A stretch of DNA of 64,000 nucleotides from Phoronis australis (Eukaryota; Animalia; Phoronida). This document shows, piece after piece, positions 24,879 through 39,100 of this stretch. The notes beneath the pieces are model-generated. The model worked only from the letters and a program-made list of their open reading frames with translations, did not search any database and was not told the DNA's origin. The stretch spans positions 111,758-175,757 of the forward strand of contig NMRA01000090.1 in assembly GCA_002633005.1 (NCBI GenBank). The letters are read 5' to 3'. Each line of letters begins with the position of its first letter. Position 1 is the stretch's first letter. Made by a program: the position numbers and the translations under genes.

Positions 24879-26163
24879 ACTCTACTTCATTTCTAACATG
24901 TTTGGATGGTGTTATATATTGAAGTACCCAGCCTCCAGTGCAATGTAGTTGTAATTGACCTTGTTTATAGACCTTGTTTTGGATCATGTGCTTATTAACA
25001 AAAGTTGACATTTGATATTCAGTTTTGTCACTGACGTTAACCAAAATTGTTCTTTGTTCAAATTGCCACTGATTGTTAGTGTGCAAATGTTGTTAGACTT
25101 ACATCATATGGTGCAATAAATGGCTGGCTTATGAATTTGCTAAATAAATGTACAGTGCAATTAGTCAAAAGTAATCCGGTGAAATACCATTTCCCTGTCA
25201 TAATGGCTAATTCTTAGTTTTAACTGCAAAAATGGCTGGTAATGACTATTAGCTGAAAATTTTTGACTACAGAATGGCTTACCTACCTTGCCAACTTTCC
25301 TGTTATTTTGCCTTGATCATTTTTTGGTCTCTAAAAATGAATTTAACTTCCAATCAGTGATCATAACTGGGAATTCTCGGGTATTTTGTCAGACTACTTT
25401 TAGCATGTACTGTACATGTTACAAAATATTTGTTATATTTTAAACATTTTATTGGATGACTTGTTTTCTAGTGCATGTTTTGTGGGTTTAGTAATCATAC
25501 CATGTGTAGTAAAATTTCACCAATTTCAGAAAACATTGATGATTTAAAAGGCTTCGAACATTGTTCTGAGTGGCCATAATTTCTCACAACATGGTGTGGT
25601 GGTACTGTAGCTATGGTATAGATATTAAAAGTGATGCTTTGATGTGGTGCCATTATCTTTTATAAAAAATAAGACATAACTTGTCTGCCATATTGTGTCA
25701 TCAATTTGTGAGATTTTACTATATGCATGTATAGTTTGGTAAAACCACCTTTCAGAAAGGTTTTGTTAAATATGCCACTGATTTTAGCTTTTTGCACCTT
25801 TACGGCTAGCTTTTCATAGGTTCTCTGTGTTCTGTTAATGGACGACTATGTAATGTAGGTATTGTCCCAAGGACATCATATTTTTCCATTTACATGTATG
25901 TATTATGGTGTAATAACTTGGGAAAAGAACTACTTTAATTTGACAATCTAATGATTGTGACTTTGTTTGGTGTTGTATGAGAAAGGGGAACTGGGTGCGT
26001 CGTTTCACCGATCAATTTATCAGGTATGCATGTCCAGATTTGATTGTTGTTTTAGTCGTAGATTTGGTTGCATAGGAAATTGTTTTTGCAACTCTATCAT
26101 TGCCTAAGTTATAAGAAGTGTTTTACAATTACAAATTGGACAGTGTGTGAGGAATTATAATTG

Positions 26164-26340
26164 TTATGTGCCCACATACAAATATGTGGTCGCATACTGC
26201 TATGGTCTTTGTCTGGCATTGTCAGTCTACGACTGTACCTCATTAATTCCTTTCGAGATCTTTGTAAAATTTGGCGCATCTGAATGTGCCACTGAATTAC
26301 ATGGGCTTTGGGACAGATGTGACCAAACTATCTGACAAGC
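26164..26340 (+). mobile_element. HINE family A 5' fragment
   Basis: ATGTGCCCAC (26166-26175) / GTGGTCGCAT (26186-26195) hairpin followed by degenerate first monomer. Confidence 0.6.
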
Positions 26341-26717
26341 TGCTTGAAGGATCAAGATGAATGGTGAATGGATTTCTATGGAGAAGAGCATAGCTTACTT
26401 GCTCTGTGCCCCGTAGATGTTATTAAACTAATCGTCCCTTGTGTCTGTAGGTTGTATGCAATGAACGTAGTGGATGCATATCAACACTGTTGCTCTTGTT
26501 AAAAAAATAACTAATTGAGTTTTCTGCAATAAAAAATCTAGTCAGTGTCTTGCTGTTAGAGTTATCCCAAGGCTTTAAGTATTTATGAATTCTATGCAAA
26601 TTTTTCCATTGTGATTGAGTTGTCATTGTTAGAAGTGGCAACGTACAACAAATCGGAATAAATGAAAATCGGAAATAATCCATGTATGTGTACATTGTAT
26701 GTTTTATTTTATGAAAT

Positions 26718-26723
26718 AATAAA
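26718..26723 (+). promoter_or_regulatory. Candidate distal poly(A) signal of myosin-I
   Basis: AATAAA preceded by three TGTA motifs (26683, 26689, 26696) and a T-rich tract; + strand composition flips from G/T-rich to A/C-rich just after. Confidence 0.55.
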
Positions 26724-28603
26724 TGTTATTACAAACAATGCCAAAAAGCAGATTTGGCAGTCGAGATAAAACATTTCAGTGCCTCTCACTACAATCAACT
26801 GTCATGAGCCTCAACACATCTTCACTGTAAGAGAGCCAAACTCGCACATGTATTCAGCTAATGCATCTGTTAACAAGTTAAGATTTAAAAATGCCAGTGC
26901 CTGAAAAAACTTGAATAGTTGCCAAGAATCTTCACTAAGCTGCTAATCACCAAAGTTGCATTTCACAGATTTCCTTCAAAACAAACCAGAACATTTTCTA
27001 CAGTGAACCAAATCTTCCACCCACCCTGGCAACTGTAAATCTGGACTTGTGAATGAAATTTAAATTAAGAACATTGTATTTAACAGCAGTATTTGTACAT
27101 CCAGATTGTTGCATTTTTATCCTTAGTTGGAACTTACATTGTTGATAATGAATAGACCACTTGCAGATTTCCAAACTTTAAGAGTCTTGATATTTCCACT
27201 GTGGACCAACATGACCACAAGATATGTGGAACAAAGAAAACACCTTTCTCATCTTACGAGAGGTAGTGATTTGTCATCGTGGCTTGGGAACTACTATAAT
27301 TGTAGGCAATATCAAAGTAAGTAACACCAGTTAGGAAGTGATTTTTAAACTTTCGACTGAAAACTGCGGAAGATGGGTGAATTCAGGCTCATCAACTAAT
27401 GAGTACACATACGATGAATTTGGGCAGAGATGAGGCTTTGCGATTGTTCTAAAAAGATTGAACAGCATATAAAGTTAGTGACGTGATTTAAATTCAGATA
27501 CACCGTGCTCAAAGAGGCATTTTCTTCATACTCATTCAGTAAAACAAAAATTAAAAATATACAGGTTAACCAACAATACAAGATTTGCCTCAAACCTTTC
27601 CATACAATAAAAGATATCCCCACCTTCAAACAGATCATCCTGGTTATTGGCATGATGATCTCCATAAGTGACTTATTTTGACAGGATTGTACAAACCTTT
27701 CAAAATTTTATCGTTTTACATCAGTTGCTGGTGATTCCTCAATTCTCTTTGATGCTGGAGTTGAGGATATAGCAAAGAACCTTTTGAGACCACTTTGTTG
27801 AATTACCGTTAATCAGCCCATTTCACGATTTGCATCTTTAGGTCTTGAGTAGTGAAGAAAAAACCCTTTTAAACACAGAAAAATGGAAAACCAAATCAGT
27901 GGCAAGTAAATGATGACATGACCAGATCTAACCAGATGAAAGCATGTTGATGGTAACCTTGAAAACTGCAACAGAGTGCTTGCAATGGCTATAAATTACA
28001 AAATGAGGACCTGGACATTCGTACACAAAACTGCATCACTGTTTAGCCGCACAAAATGGCTAAAAGCACAAAATCTACAGGAATTCCAAGCCGTTTCCAC
28101 ATAGAAAGTTATGCAACATGTTGGACCAGAAAGTCTCATGACTTGTTGGACAGTTGCATTCACAAGAGTATGACCTGCACTTAACAAAAAACTTAAAGGA
28201 GGCTGTTATGCTTCACTGATGACTAAAATGAGCTTCATAGAAATAATGATGCAAAATCGTACATGCCCGACTTCTATACAACATGCTGGCCAACAAAACA
28301 ACACACAACTAAAAACCCTTTGCATGAGCAATTTAGGCCTCAGCCACGTTACGCAAAATTTCTGCTTAAAATCTGTTTGAAATGTGCTAACAAGTCCTGA
28401 CGAGATCTATTGTACTTCCATCACTACACACAACTTAGAAACACACCGTCATCTTCCAAACCATTCTTTTCCCCTAACCATTTTAATCTAATACCCTCCT
28501 AAGCCTGCACAAACCAACATGTTTGCGGAAGTGGCTTGCGTGTACAAAGAGCAGAAGAGAAGCTAACCCGTTGCAGTTTTCAATGATACTATTCAGACTT
28601 ACA

Positions 28604-28609
28604 TTTATT
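28604..28609 (-). promoter_or_regulatory. Candidate poly(A) signal of WAC
   Basis: TTTATT on + (AATAAA on -) ~1.46 kb past the WAC stop, with minus-strand TGTA motifs just upstream of it. Confidence 0.5.
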
Positions 28610-29024
28610 TCTAGTCTACTAACAAATTTCTACACAGGTATTTACATGACCATGGGCTCCGTAACCAACATGCCGCACACACTACAGTACACTAAAATCT
28701 CAGCAATTTTTAGGGACAAAAAGATCTTCCAAGATTGCATTTTTAAGGTCTATCATTGTTGTATATGTCCACGATTTCTCAAAATATTGTGTGATGGTAA
28801 AACCTTAACTAAGTATTAATTCCGTGCTATATATCTTTTATGAAGAAAACAAGAATAAAATTTCAGTTGTCAGCCATATTGTGTCCTAAATGGGCCAGAT
28901 TTTACTGTATTACAAAGAAACCAGAAGTTGATATGCTGAAATTGGTTTTAAACTGTTTATCAATCCTGTTAAAACCTCAGATCAGATCGAGAGTAAAGTA
29001 TCAGCGATCTACTGGTGGAAAAAG

Positions 29025-29560
29025 CTGAACAAAGCAGCCACAGAAAAATACATGTACATCCCATTGAAGTTTTACAGGTCTTGTGCACGGAAGAGCATTT
29101 ACCAGGGCGCAAGTAAATCAAGAACAGGCCAAAATTCAGGAAAATAAGGTAAAATTGCAAAATGCTGGCAATGTGTGCAGAGTACCTTTTTCAAAGTTTG
29201 GTTATGCACTTAAGAGCATTTCTGTAGACGGGTGGGTGAAAGTCAAGAACGGGCAAAAATAAAGGAAGCAAAGCCGAATAGAAAAATACTGCTGACGTGC
29301 TGACACTTCGTCAGCACCCTTTTAAAGTTATGTTGAAATAATACGATGAGAACTGTCAGAGTTGTGCACAGACGAGCATCTCCCAACATCCATGCATGTC
29401 ACCAATGGGGCAACATTAAGGAAAATTGGTCAAATTGCAAAATGCCAGCCATACTATAGCACTTCCTAAGAACACTTTTGAAGAGTTTGGTCAAAATCTG
29501 CCGACAAATGCAGGAGTTGTACGCATGAATGGAGTGACTCCTACATTACTATTTCCCATC
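29025..29560 (-). mobile_element. Diverged HINE-like element with ~140-bp internal units in the WAC 3' UTR
   Basis: Recurring GAGCAT (~29094, 29214, 29374) and AAATTGCAAAATGC-like (~29152, 29277, 29432) blocks; termini weak. Confidence 0.4.
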
Positions 29561-30069
29561 AGTCAGTAATAAATGAGACAACTGCAAGCAATTCCTATCC
29601 ACATCCATTAAATACAACTGATTGCACAGATACTGAAGATGCTCTTGTGTAGGCTTTTTCAAAGGTGACAAAAAGAAAGAACAAAAACCCATCAATTATA
29701 TCTATATTACAGCTCTCATTACTTGAAGTTCGAAAGACACCTTATGTTATGCGAGAAGAAACTTTTCGCCACTGTTATCACATATAATTTAATGACCAAT
29801 AGATATCCAAAACAAACATCGCATCAAGCATGTGCCTCTGTTTTGACTTCTGACTTTCAAAATGTGCCTTTAGGCAGAGCTTTGCTCATCCACCTGTTGA
29901 CCCTTGTCGATCCATAGTAAAGTTTGCATTAACTAGCTATTACTGGCACATTTAACATGAAGATCAGCGTATTGAAAAAATGTTCAAGCAGAATCTGTCC
30001 TCGATCCACATGCACAGTAAAAGCTTTTCAATAAAGCACAATTCGACAGGTAAGTCCCTTAAAACCACA

Positions 30070-30124
30070 TCAGTTCTTTGTTCCTCTCTCTAAATCTAAG
30101 ATTTGCTGCCTGATGAAAAGTATC
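30070..30124 (-). CDS. WAC: WAC exon 13 (last coding)
   Basis: cttcag|G ATA CTT...AAC TGA; (R)[17 protein letters not shown]. Confidence 0.95.
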
Positions 30125-33100
30125 CTGAAGCAAGAAGACAATACATTATCACAATACATTATCACAATACATTGAGTTTATTACATTGCAATTTGATAAG
30201 CAAGCAAGTCCTAACCACACCCACTCCTATATCACTTAGGTTATCACTCAAAATCTTTGAAATAACTTGTCAGTCCTAGTTTTATCAGTATTTACCACAA
30301 GTAAAAACCAATATTAGTCATATTTAGCTGAATCACATCAATCCTTTCTCATGAAACTACATATGTTTTACTAATGTATTGTAATTTGCCATTTCATTAT
30401 TTTAGTAACAACGCTTACACACAGCATGTGGAATAAGCATATGCCTATCAGAGTGCGCATGCTATTTAAAGTGTCACTTAAGTGAAGACATATACAAAAG
30501 GAGAGCAAATAAATATTCCTAAATAAAAATATGACTGACCACTCATTTTCAATGTAAAAATGCCGGTGAAATAAAGAACAAAAATAATAATCAGGAATTA
30601 CCAATGCAGTAGGAAAATGGTCCGAGCCGATAAAGGGCTTAATTATTGACATTAAATAGTGAACTTCTATAGTTATGTACATAGTTGGCTACAAACACGG
30701 ACTTATCGATAAGGCCACACACAACTTTCGCAAATAAACATTGGCCAACACATATATCAACCTCATTTGTATTTTCAGGGGGAGGGTTGTGAAAAGTGTA
30801 TGTTTTGTACACTCGTATAAATGGTAATAGTGAATCTTTGTGGACTTTGTCCGTTTTGACCAAGCTCTAATATAGCTGTTGGCAAGTAACCTCGCTAACA
30901 TCTAATTCCAAGCTTGAATTACCAAGCATGTTTAACGATTGCTTAAAAAGATTGAATAATACTGGTCGAACTTGATAAGTATACTCAATTTTTTAACATA
31001 GTTGCCAGCAACCTTTAGTCACTCCAGTACAAAGCCAAAACAGAAAGAAAAATTTACCGTTGTTCCTGTAAAGTGGTGTTGATTTCACCTGCTCTGACCT
31101 CTGATCTTGCCCTCTTTAGGTCCACTGACAGCTGTGTACTCAAGCGACTTCCTACTGAATGTGCATCTACCCGATATCGATTGGCCTTGTACAAAGATCA
31201 GAATAACATTCTTTTATGCAACAACCAAAAACGATTCCTCTTAACTACTGAAGTAACACAGACTAAAACTTATGAATGTCCAAATATGAGTTCAAGGTTT
31301 ATGATGAGGAGTACACAAATCAACCTAACTTAAATCAAACACTTTTCAACATAGAGAATTCCTAAGTGTATCAAAAACAGCAATGATATATTAAAGGGTG
31401 TCCATTTTTCCAAATATTTCCACTACAGTGAGCAACACTAGATTTAGGCCCATCCACCAAACAATTAAGCTACGCCTATATTCAGAATAAGGGGCATGTG
31501 CCTACATGTGAAACACTTAAAGATATCTCAAACCTTATTCCCAAAAATTAGCTGTTTTTTACAGTATTTCACAGATTTGTAGCAAATACCTTATTTTCAT
31601 TCTCGAGACTTCAACTACGACACATATACCATGTAGTGAGAAAAAAAAGAGTGGGCAGAATCATCTTCAACCACGTGGAAATTTATTTACTACTTATTCG
31701 GGGTTAAAGGTTACAGGGCTGTCATTAGAACCGAATCTCCTGCCAGGTATGAAGCAGTTCCGTATGTACCCTAAGTCCTTTCATAACAATGAATCGCCAT
31801 AATAGTGCGTCAACAATTTGTACGTAGAATAGAAAGATGCTGCAAAAAGGAAGATTTTGAGGTAAATTGTGAAGTTTTCACTCAAATAAGGTTTTATCAA
31901 TACTAAAGTCATAGAAACTCATCATTGCTAAGAACTTCTAATGAGGAAACAATGAGATTTTAATAAAAAAATACCAGTTTAGTCACCAACCTGTTTCTCA
32001 GCATGATTCATCTGCCAACCCATCACGTGACTAGTTAGCTCCTCTCGGTAATAGTTAGCCAATGAGGGTGGTAGTTGTATGCAGGGTTGCTTTTGAGAGA
32101 CAGCTCCCAGGCTGGTGGAGACCACACCCTGTGAGCTATTTTGGCTTGGTGTTGGACTACTTCTATCGGGCCTAAGTCCAGAGAAGTGAAACTTAAAAGT
32201 GACCAAAGCACACACCATAAAGATGTCACAACAATATGTAATCAATAATAGTGTAGTAGCTTGACTAGTTGGAGTAAGAAGTAATTAATTGTGCTCTTAA
32301 GGTTTTTAACAAAAGAATGTTGGTGGAAATTACATGTTGGTAGAGGAAGGCTACTGAACTGCAAATCAAGGAGTTCGCAAGCATCTTCAATGGACAAGAC
32401 AGATACCTTGGTGTCCTTAACAATTTTCTTCCAACTTTCAGCAAGTGCCTTCACCCATGAACAGTCAAAAATTTCCTTTTAAAGCCATGCAGTCACAATT
32501 GTTACAAACATTGTCCAACCAATGCCAAAGTTCTATCCAAAATTTCAAGTATCTCTCCACTACCACAGGCAGACAACAGAAAGTCAAGGTGCATGTATTT
32601 CGTTGGTCACGGTACTACCTCACACGGGACAGCCAATAACAAGCCAGCTGCTAATTAGTATTCTATGTGTGGTGTTATCATTCACCAGTCTTATTTCAGT
32701 CTTCAAAATAGTGTTTTTTTTAACACTAAAGTTTCCAATATCTTAGACAGTACTCTTCATAAAAAGCACTCCCGACAGAACTACACTGCCAAAAGCATTA
32801 CGCCAATAACAAGCCGGGCGCTATTTATTATTCTATGTGTGGTGTCATCATTCACCAGTCTTATTTTAGTCTTCAAAACAGTGGTTTCTAACACTTAAGT
32901 ATCCAATATCTTAGGCAGTACTCTTCATAAAAAGTATTTCCGACAGAAGAACTACACTGCCAAAAGCACTACGCTTTGAATATGTTTGAAATTGTGGTCT
33001 ATCCTGAACTCAAAACAGTTACGAAGGATGACATACCTTGAAGACCTAGCACTGTGCTCAGAGGCTGGGCTACTGTGTCCAGGTGGTTCATCATCTACAG

Positions 33101-36100
33101 ACTGTTGTGACCTGTAGGTGTGCCCTGCACTGGTCGGCGTTGATACTGCCCGTTGGGGTGTGGTCTGACCCTGGGCTGGAGCTACGTATGGTCTCTCTGA
33201 CGTCAAAGGTGTAGTGTTGCCTTTCTGACTGCCACTGTCATGTTGAGGTGACGACTGGCTGTAAGGTGACTGTTGATGGGTGAGAGGCGTGGCACTCTGG
33301 CTTTGATTCGCACAGGATACTCTCGGCGACTGGGCGGAACCAGCTAGATGGAGTGAGCAACAGAGGCTAGGCAATTACCAACACACATTTGCAGGAAAAT
33401 TTTAAGTGAAGCGTAAACATTTCCATGCTGTATGAACAGTCAAATTCAGTGTCACTGCGATTATTGGCAGGTGTCACCATCAATGTCATGTGTTGTGGTT
33501 TTATTTGACATTTTTTAAACCTTCACCACCAAAATATATTGGCACTTTATGTTATTAGTTATCCAACCACAAATATGATACATCAAAATTCAAAAAATAC
33601 ATCCACACAAGGCTTTTAGATTGCCATCCTCTGAAATCTTCAATGAGTTGCATGTCAAACTGCGATAACTTCAGTGTCCACTAACCACATAAGCCAGTCT
33701 GAATTGTTTAACTTTGCAGTTAATACTGACACTCCTTGAGTAATGAATTTGGTACGAAAGCCCCAATGTCACCCTTAATCACTGGCAAATGGTTATACTA
33801 GAAGCATCCAGAAATGTACTCACCATTTTGTATAGACACCTTTCTACTGCTAATAGCCTGCTGAAGTTGCTGGAGAGTTTGTAATGCTGCAAACAACAAA
33901 AATGTATGAACAAATCAAAAACAACGTTGGAGTGCAACTAAATAATATATAGCATTGCATACAGTGCCCACCTCTAATGAAGATATAGTTGAGACTCCCA
34001 ATTGAATGAAACCAGCATAAAATTGTAGAAATTTTCTGAAGGATACCTCAAACCTTATTCATAAAAATTGGTCATTTTTACAATATTCACATGTCTAGCA
34101 AAATACCTTATCTTCTTTATTCTTGGGAACTTCACATACAAAATATACACCGCATAGCATGAGAAAAATAAGCAGAATCACTTTGGAAAACACAACCACA
34201 TAAAAATTTGTTGTCAAATGTTACAGGGCTGTCAATAAAATCGAATCTCCCAGCAGTTTCGTATGTACTCTCAGTCTGACCCAGGTAACACAAGGCTCAG
34301 GAAACCCCACGACCGTCTTCAAGGATAGCAGAAGGTATTGGGTCCAAGTTCCCGTCGGGGGCAGAAATGTTTGTTGACTTATGTTCAATAGGTCACATAA
34401 TACGTGATGTGGCTAATAAGTGGTGTGCAGAGCAGACTTAAAATGTTTGTGATCTACATTTCCAAACTGGCTTAAGATTTACATAGATATTGCGAGTGAA
34501 TGCTAAATTAGCGAATATGGTGTGGTAAAGGATTATTCGCACTGTCCACAGTAACTATTCTCTCTTCTTTAAAAGCATGGCACATACATGTAATTAGATG
34601 ACGATAGTCTTCGAACCTTTAAGCACGAGACCGTCAAGACGGTAGTTGTGATCAACAGCAAACCACCCACTGTTGAAAATGTGTCTGATGTAACAGTTCC
34701 TCTACCGATTACCCCCNCCCCCCCCCCCCCGCCATCATCTGCTAACAGGTAAGACTTCAGTCATAGTCTCTCCTCCAGGACTATTTCAGAAAGAGGATGT
34801 TTACACGCTACCAGTTCATCTCAAAATCGAAACATTGTTTCATAAACAATGTATTTCTGTTAAAGCTAGAAAATAATACAAATTGCTTACCTTGCTCCTG
34901 GAGTTTTTTACTATCAATGTTTTGCAAGAGCGACTGGTCTCCTAGTCTGGTCAGTACTGACGATAAGTTGCCGAGGGTGACGCCCGCACTGTTGCCCGGG
35001 AGACTGGCTAGACTTGTTGCTGTGGACACCGCTACGTGCGATGGATAATTAGTTACACTAGAGGATACAGTATTGGACAACTGCACACTGGTGGGAGGTG
35101 CAGTGTCCTGTAGAGGAGGGGTGCTGTCTGGCGAAATGTCCATGTCCACACTTCCACGAATATCTGCATCAGAATACAGAAATTGTGAACTAAAGTGAAC
35201 AGAATTAATAATACCCCCTTTACTTTTCTGAGTGATATATACAGGCACATTAATGACCACTGGTCCAACGGGATAGACCCATGTGGCCATGTGGATACAA
35301 ATGAATAAACTTCACCTTTGATGTTGGTGGAATAAGCACCCAGTTTTATAAATGAAATAACCTTTTGTAGACTGTGCAATACTTACATATAAATCTTTCT
35401 TAAAACTTTTGTCTGTCAAAGTATAATGGTAAAACAAATGCATTTGCCAATCATTTTTCTTCACAATAAAGCCAGATATCTGGCAAAGATATAAACTTGG
35501 CCTTATTATAAGTGTCTGACGGTAACTGCAAGGTCAATAAAAACAAGGAAAAACATGACGTACATCCACAGTAGTATTATTTGGGCATTTCCGTGAAAAG
35601 GTCAACCTCGACACAAAAAATTAAAATTGTGGCTACACTAACATTTCTGGTCCCATCTGAAAGCCAATTCTTTCTAGTTTCAAGACCCATATTTGATTGT
35701 CCTATAACTTTCAATTTTTTGCTTAAATGGACCCCTTTTTGGGGGTCGCTTGACCCTAAAAAATTAACTCGATTTTAATGGGTGTTGCTAATTATTGTCA
35801 TAAAAAAGCTAATTATGCGGTTTTCACTATACTTATTACTATCAATTTTGTGCAATCACATGAACCCCAAACTTTATAAAAATAACATTTCATCTTTGGC
35901 ACATTATTGACCTCTTGGGGTCAAAGGTCAACTCCTGGATATCATGGTGCCGTATGTCCATCACAATAAAGTGTTAAAAAGTTTAGTTGTGTTAAAAGTT
36001 TTTAATCAAAATTAAAATAATTTCAGATCCTCTTTTAACTTGTCACTCAACTCTATTGACCACAATTTTGGATCCCAGGGATTATTCGTTTAGTCAGAAA

Positions 36101-39100
36101 TTGTGTGACAGACGTACAGCAAATTTGTACGTCTGTCACGTACATCTGTCACACCCATGTAATTGCAATTTTTCAGCCAATAAAAATAATCTTAGGTCAT
36201 ACTTTTACTTTCTAAACTAGCATGATAAAATGTATCTCACACCTAAGAACCTTAAAACGATAAAATATTACAAAGGCATCCTCGAAATTAAGTGAAGAAG
36301 TTGTTGCGGATTATAACTAAATGCATTGATTTTTTTCATTTTCAAAAGTACTTGCAGAAAAGTTATAGTTAACAATGTCATCTAGCTATTCTTAGTAGAA
36401 TTCAACTTATTAAAATCTAACAGTTGTACCACATTATAACGTAGAAAATAAATCTGAAACTAAATAAGGCGATCCAGATCCTCCCAAGGATACTATTGTT
36501 TCACGAAATGTAGAATATGAATAGGTAAATAAAACAGCAAGAATGTAAGTAAAACAAAATGTTAATTTAATGAACATATTGTTTTTCTGGTGGTACCCCA
36601 TGTTAGTAAAGAAATGCTTAGCTTTTAGGAATTTCAAGATGCAAAAATATTCATACAAACGAAATCCTAAGGTGCTCTAGAGTATAGCAAACAACAAGAG
36701 ACCTAAAGGAACTCATCAGTCATGCCAAGTTGCTATTGCACTGGAATCTAGATGTTATTTCTGCTCCGATCTGCTATGCTGTGTTTTGTGTTGAAAAAGC
36801 CAATACCGGAAATTTTCAGGAATCTGTCACCTACTTTATTGAGCATTTTTGTCACACCCTCACTGGCTGTAGGCACTCTTTCTGTGTTTTTCAGTGTATT
36901 GGGTCATTGGGTGGCTTGTATGAAATTATTTCATAGCAAATTATTGTATTGTCTCATCTTACATATTTTGAATCCTTCAATCTTTTTAAGAATTAGTCAA
37001 CTAAATTTTTTTCTGCTGAGCTTCGAGGAGATTAAACCGCATTTAGAAAGGATAGAGCAAATTGTTGGAGACTACGGGAAGAACAGACACAACTGTGAGA
37101 AGAATGAATATCTGCTTGAATATTTTCTGAAACTCAAAAAAATGCCATCGTGGATCAAGAAATTCATAATTGTACTTGCGTGTACTGTGATGTGGCAATA
37201 TTTAAGGCCTCTAGTTAAATTTGAAATGAAAGCGCTCCGAGGAGTGAAACTTGGCGAAATTAACAGATAAGATGAAGACAGAGATTATGACGAAGATGAT
37301 GGACAATACAAGTAATGATAACATTCATATGACAAATGCAGCTGTCAGAAATCAGTAAGAAATAGACTACAGTCTTGAGCGACACTTGGCAAACTGAAAA
37401 GACGTCGACGGAGATGATGACGAAAATGACGAATATGATGATGGTGGTGGCGATGATGAACAACATCATAACATTCATACGATGAACTTAGATGTCATAA
37501 ATCAGTAAGAAATAAGCTACAGTTCAAAAGAAGCTAAACCAACATCAAGGCAGTAAGAGTGCTCAACAAAGGAACAATGCTATCAGAAAATCTCGAATAA
37601 TCCGAAAAGTAGACGTCCTAGCGAAAAATGGAAAACATCTTCTGAAAGAACATACAGGAAGGAAAAACAAAAGGGGTGAGAGCAAGAGGTAGACAACGCT
37701 GAATGTGGCTGGACGACATCAAAGACTGGAGGAATCTATCACTGGAAGAATGTATCAGAAAGGCAAAGAGCAGAACAGAATGGCGGGTCATTTCAAGTCG
37801 ACCTCTAAGGAGATGACACCACGTGAATAAAGGAATACAACACCACTTGTTGATTGCAACTAAGTAAGTTTCCCTGGCCAAATCTTCAGAAAACATCTAT
37901 AATAGTGTAATGTCTTCTACCCCCACATTCCACACAGGTGCTCTTGAGTTTCAGGTAGAGGTCCTCCTGGTTCCAGGCCACCTGTTTGGAATTTGCTACC
38001 AAATGGTATCAAGTGTGCCAAGACCCATATTTTTGGTAGGATGCTTGCAAACTGGCATGGGTCTGTGCAGATCAGCATTTTCGTTTACCAATACTTTACC
38101 AGACCTTTATAAGTCAGAGAATGCTTTATCTGTGCCGGCGCAATATTTGATTGAAACTAATCGGTAAACAAAAACCAATTAAATGTTGCAAATTTTGAGC
38201 ATTTGGTTCTCTTAAAACAATTGAGAGTAAACCACACCCTGGAAATTGAACGTCGGCATTTTAGACACGAGATAGTGGAGTTCGATTGTACAACGGCAGG
38301 ACATTCGTTTAAATGTTTCACTATTTGTTCGTTATAAAAAGCTTCAGCAAAATCCATCCAACAGCATGTGTTTAGGCAATCTCGCAACCAGCACCAGCTA
38401 TGCTATAGCAGACAAGTATTTTAACAACCAACATGTGGCACTGTATGATGTCCCCATTTTTGTTCAGTGAATATCTAATTGAATATATAAGCGTTCATAA
38501 ATGTTCATTTTTTCATTTAACTCTGATAGTTTTCAGCTACGTTTGCATAACTCGCATCCACCGTAACCAAGTTGACAAAACAGTAACAAGTGAACGAATT
38601 AACTATGACCTCCCGAGGGCTCTCGTTTTAATGTGTACCACCCGAATCAGGTGAAACGTTCTTGCCTCAATTTCCACACGAGAAAGTCAACTTGGGAGTT
38701 AAATGACAAGCGAATTTCTTCAAGGACTGGAATTTAGTCAACCAGCCGGTGCTCCACACTGGTATTTTAAAAACCCAGCAGAATGACTGCAGATGATCGA
38801 TGTGTGAATCCTGAGCACGTAAGTTCACTGTTAACACCTGTTTTATTGCTTTGAAGGATTTGAGTGCTTAAATAAATTTGAATATCAAATTTATTTTATT
38901 TATATTGTTGATGAAAAAGTTCTCCTGAGTTTATTTTTGTTACATAGTTTTCAAAAATTGACGATATTGAATTTTTAAAACAAGGTCATCATTAAAGGCA
39001 GACCTTTCTCACTAACATTATTTTCTTGAAAACTGCAACCATGACTTGTGAACAATTTGGTTTTTGCCTACCACTCAAGACGTCGTACCTGTCTTCGTAG

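Noticed and set aside
34712-34730. Poly(G) quadruplex regulatory element
   Set aside because: Simple homopolymer with an ambiguous base and uncertain length; no further support.
36752-37270. 172-aa ORF (longest in the supplied track)
   Set aside because: Spans repeat fragments in a WAC intron on the antisense strand; no recognisable motif or splice support.
37900-38130. Extra WAC exon in intron 7
   Set aside because: The phase-1 reading from the AG near 38130 hits TAA after 7 codons, and exons 7 and 8 already join in phase; a poison exon cannot be supported without RNA data.
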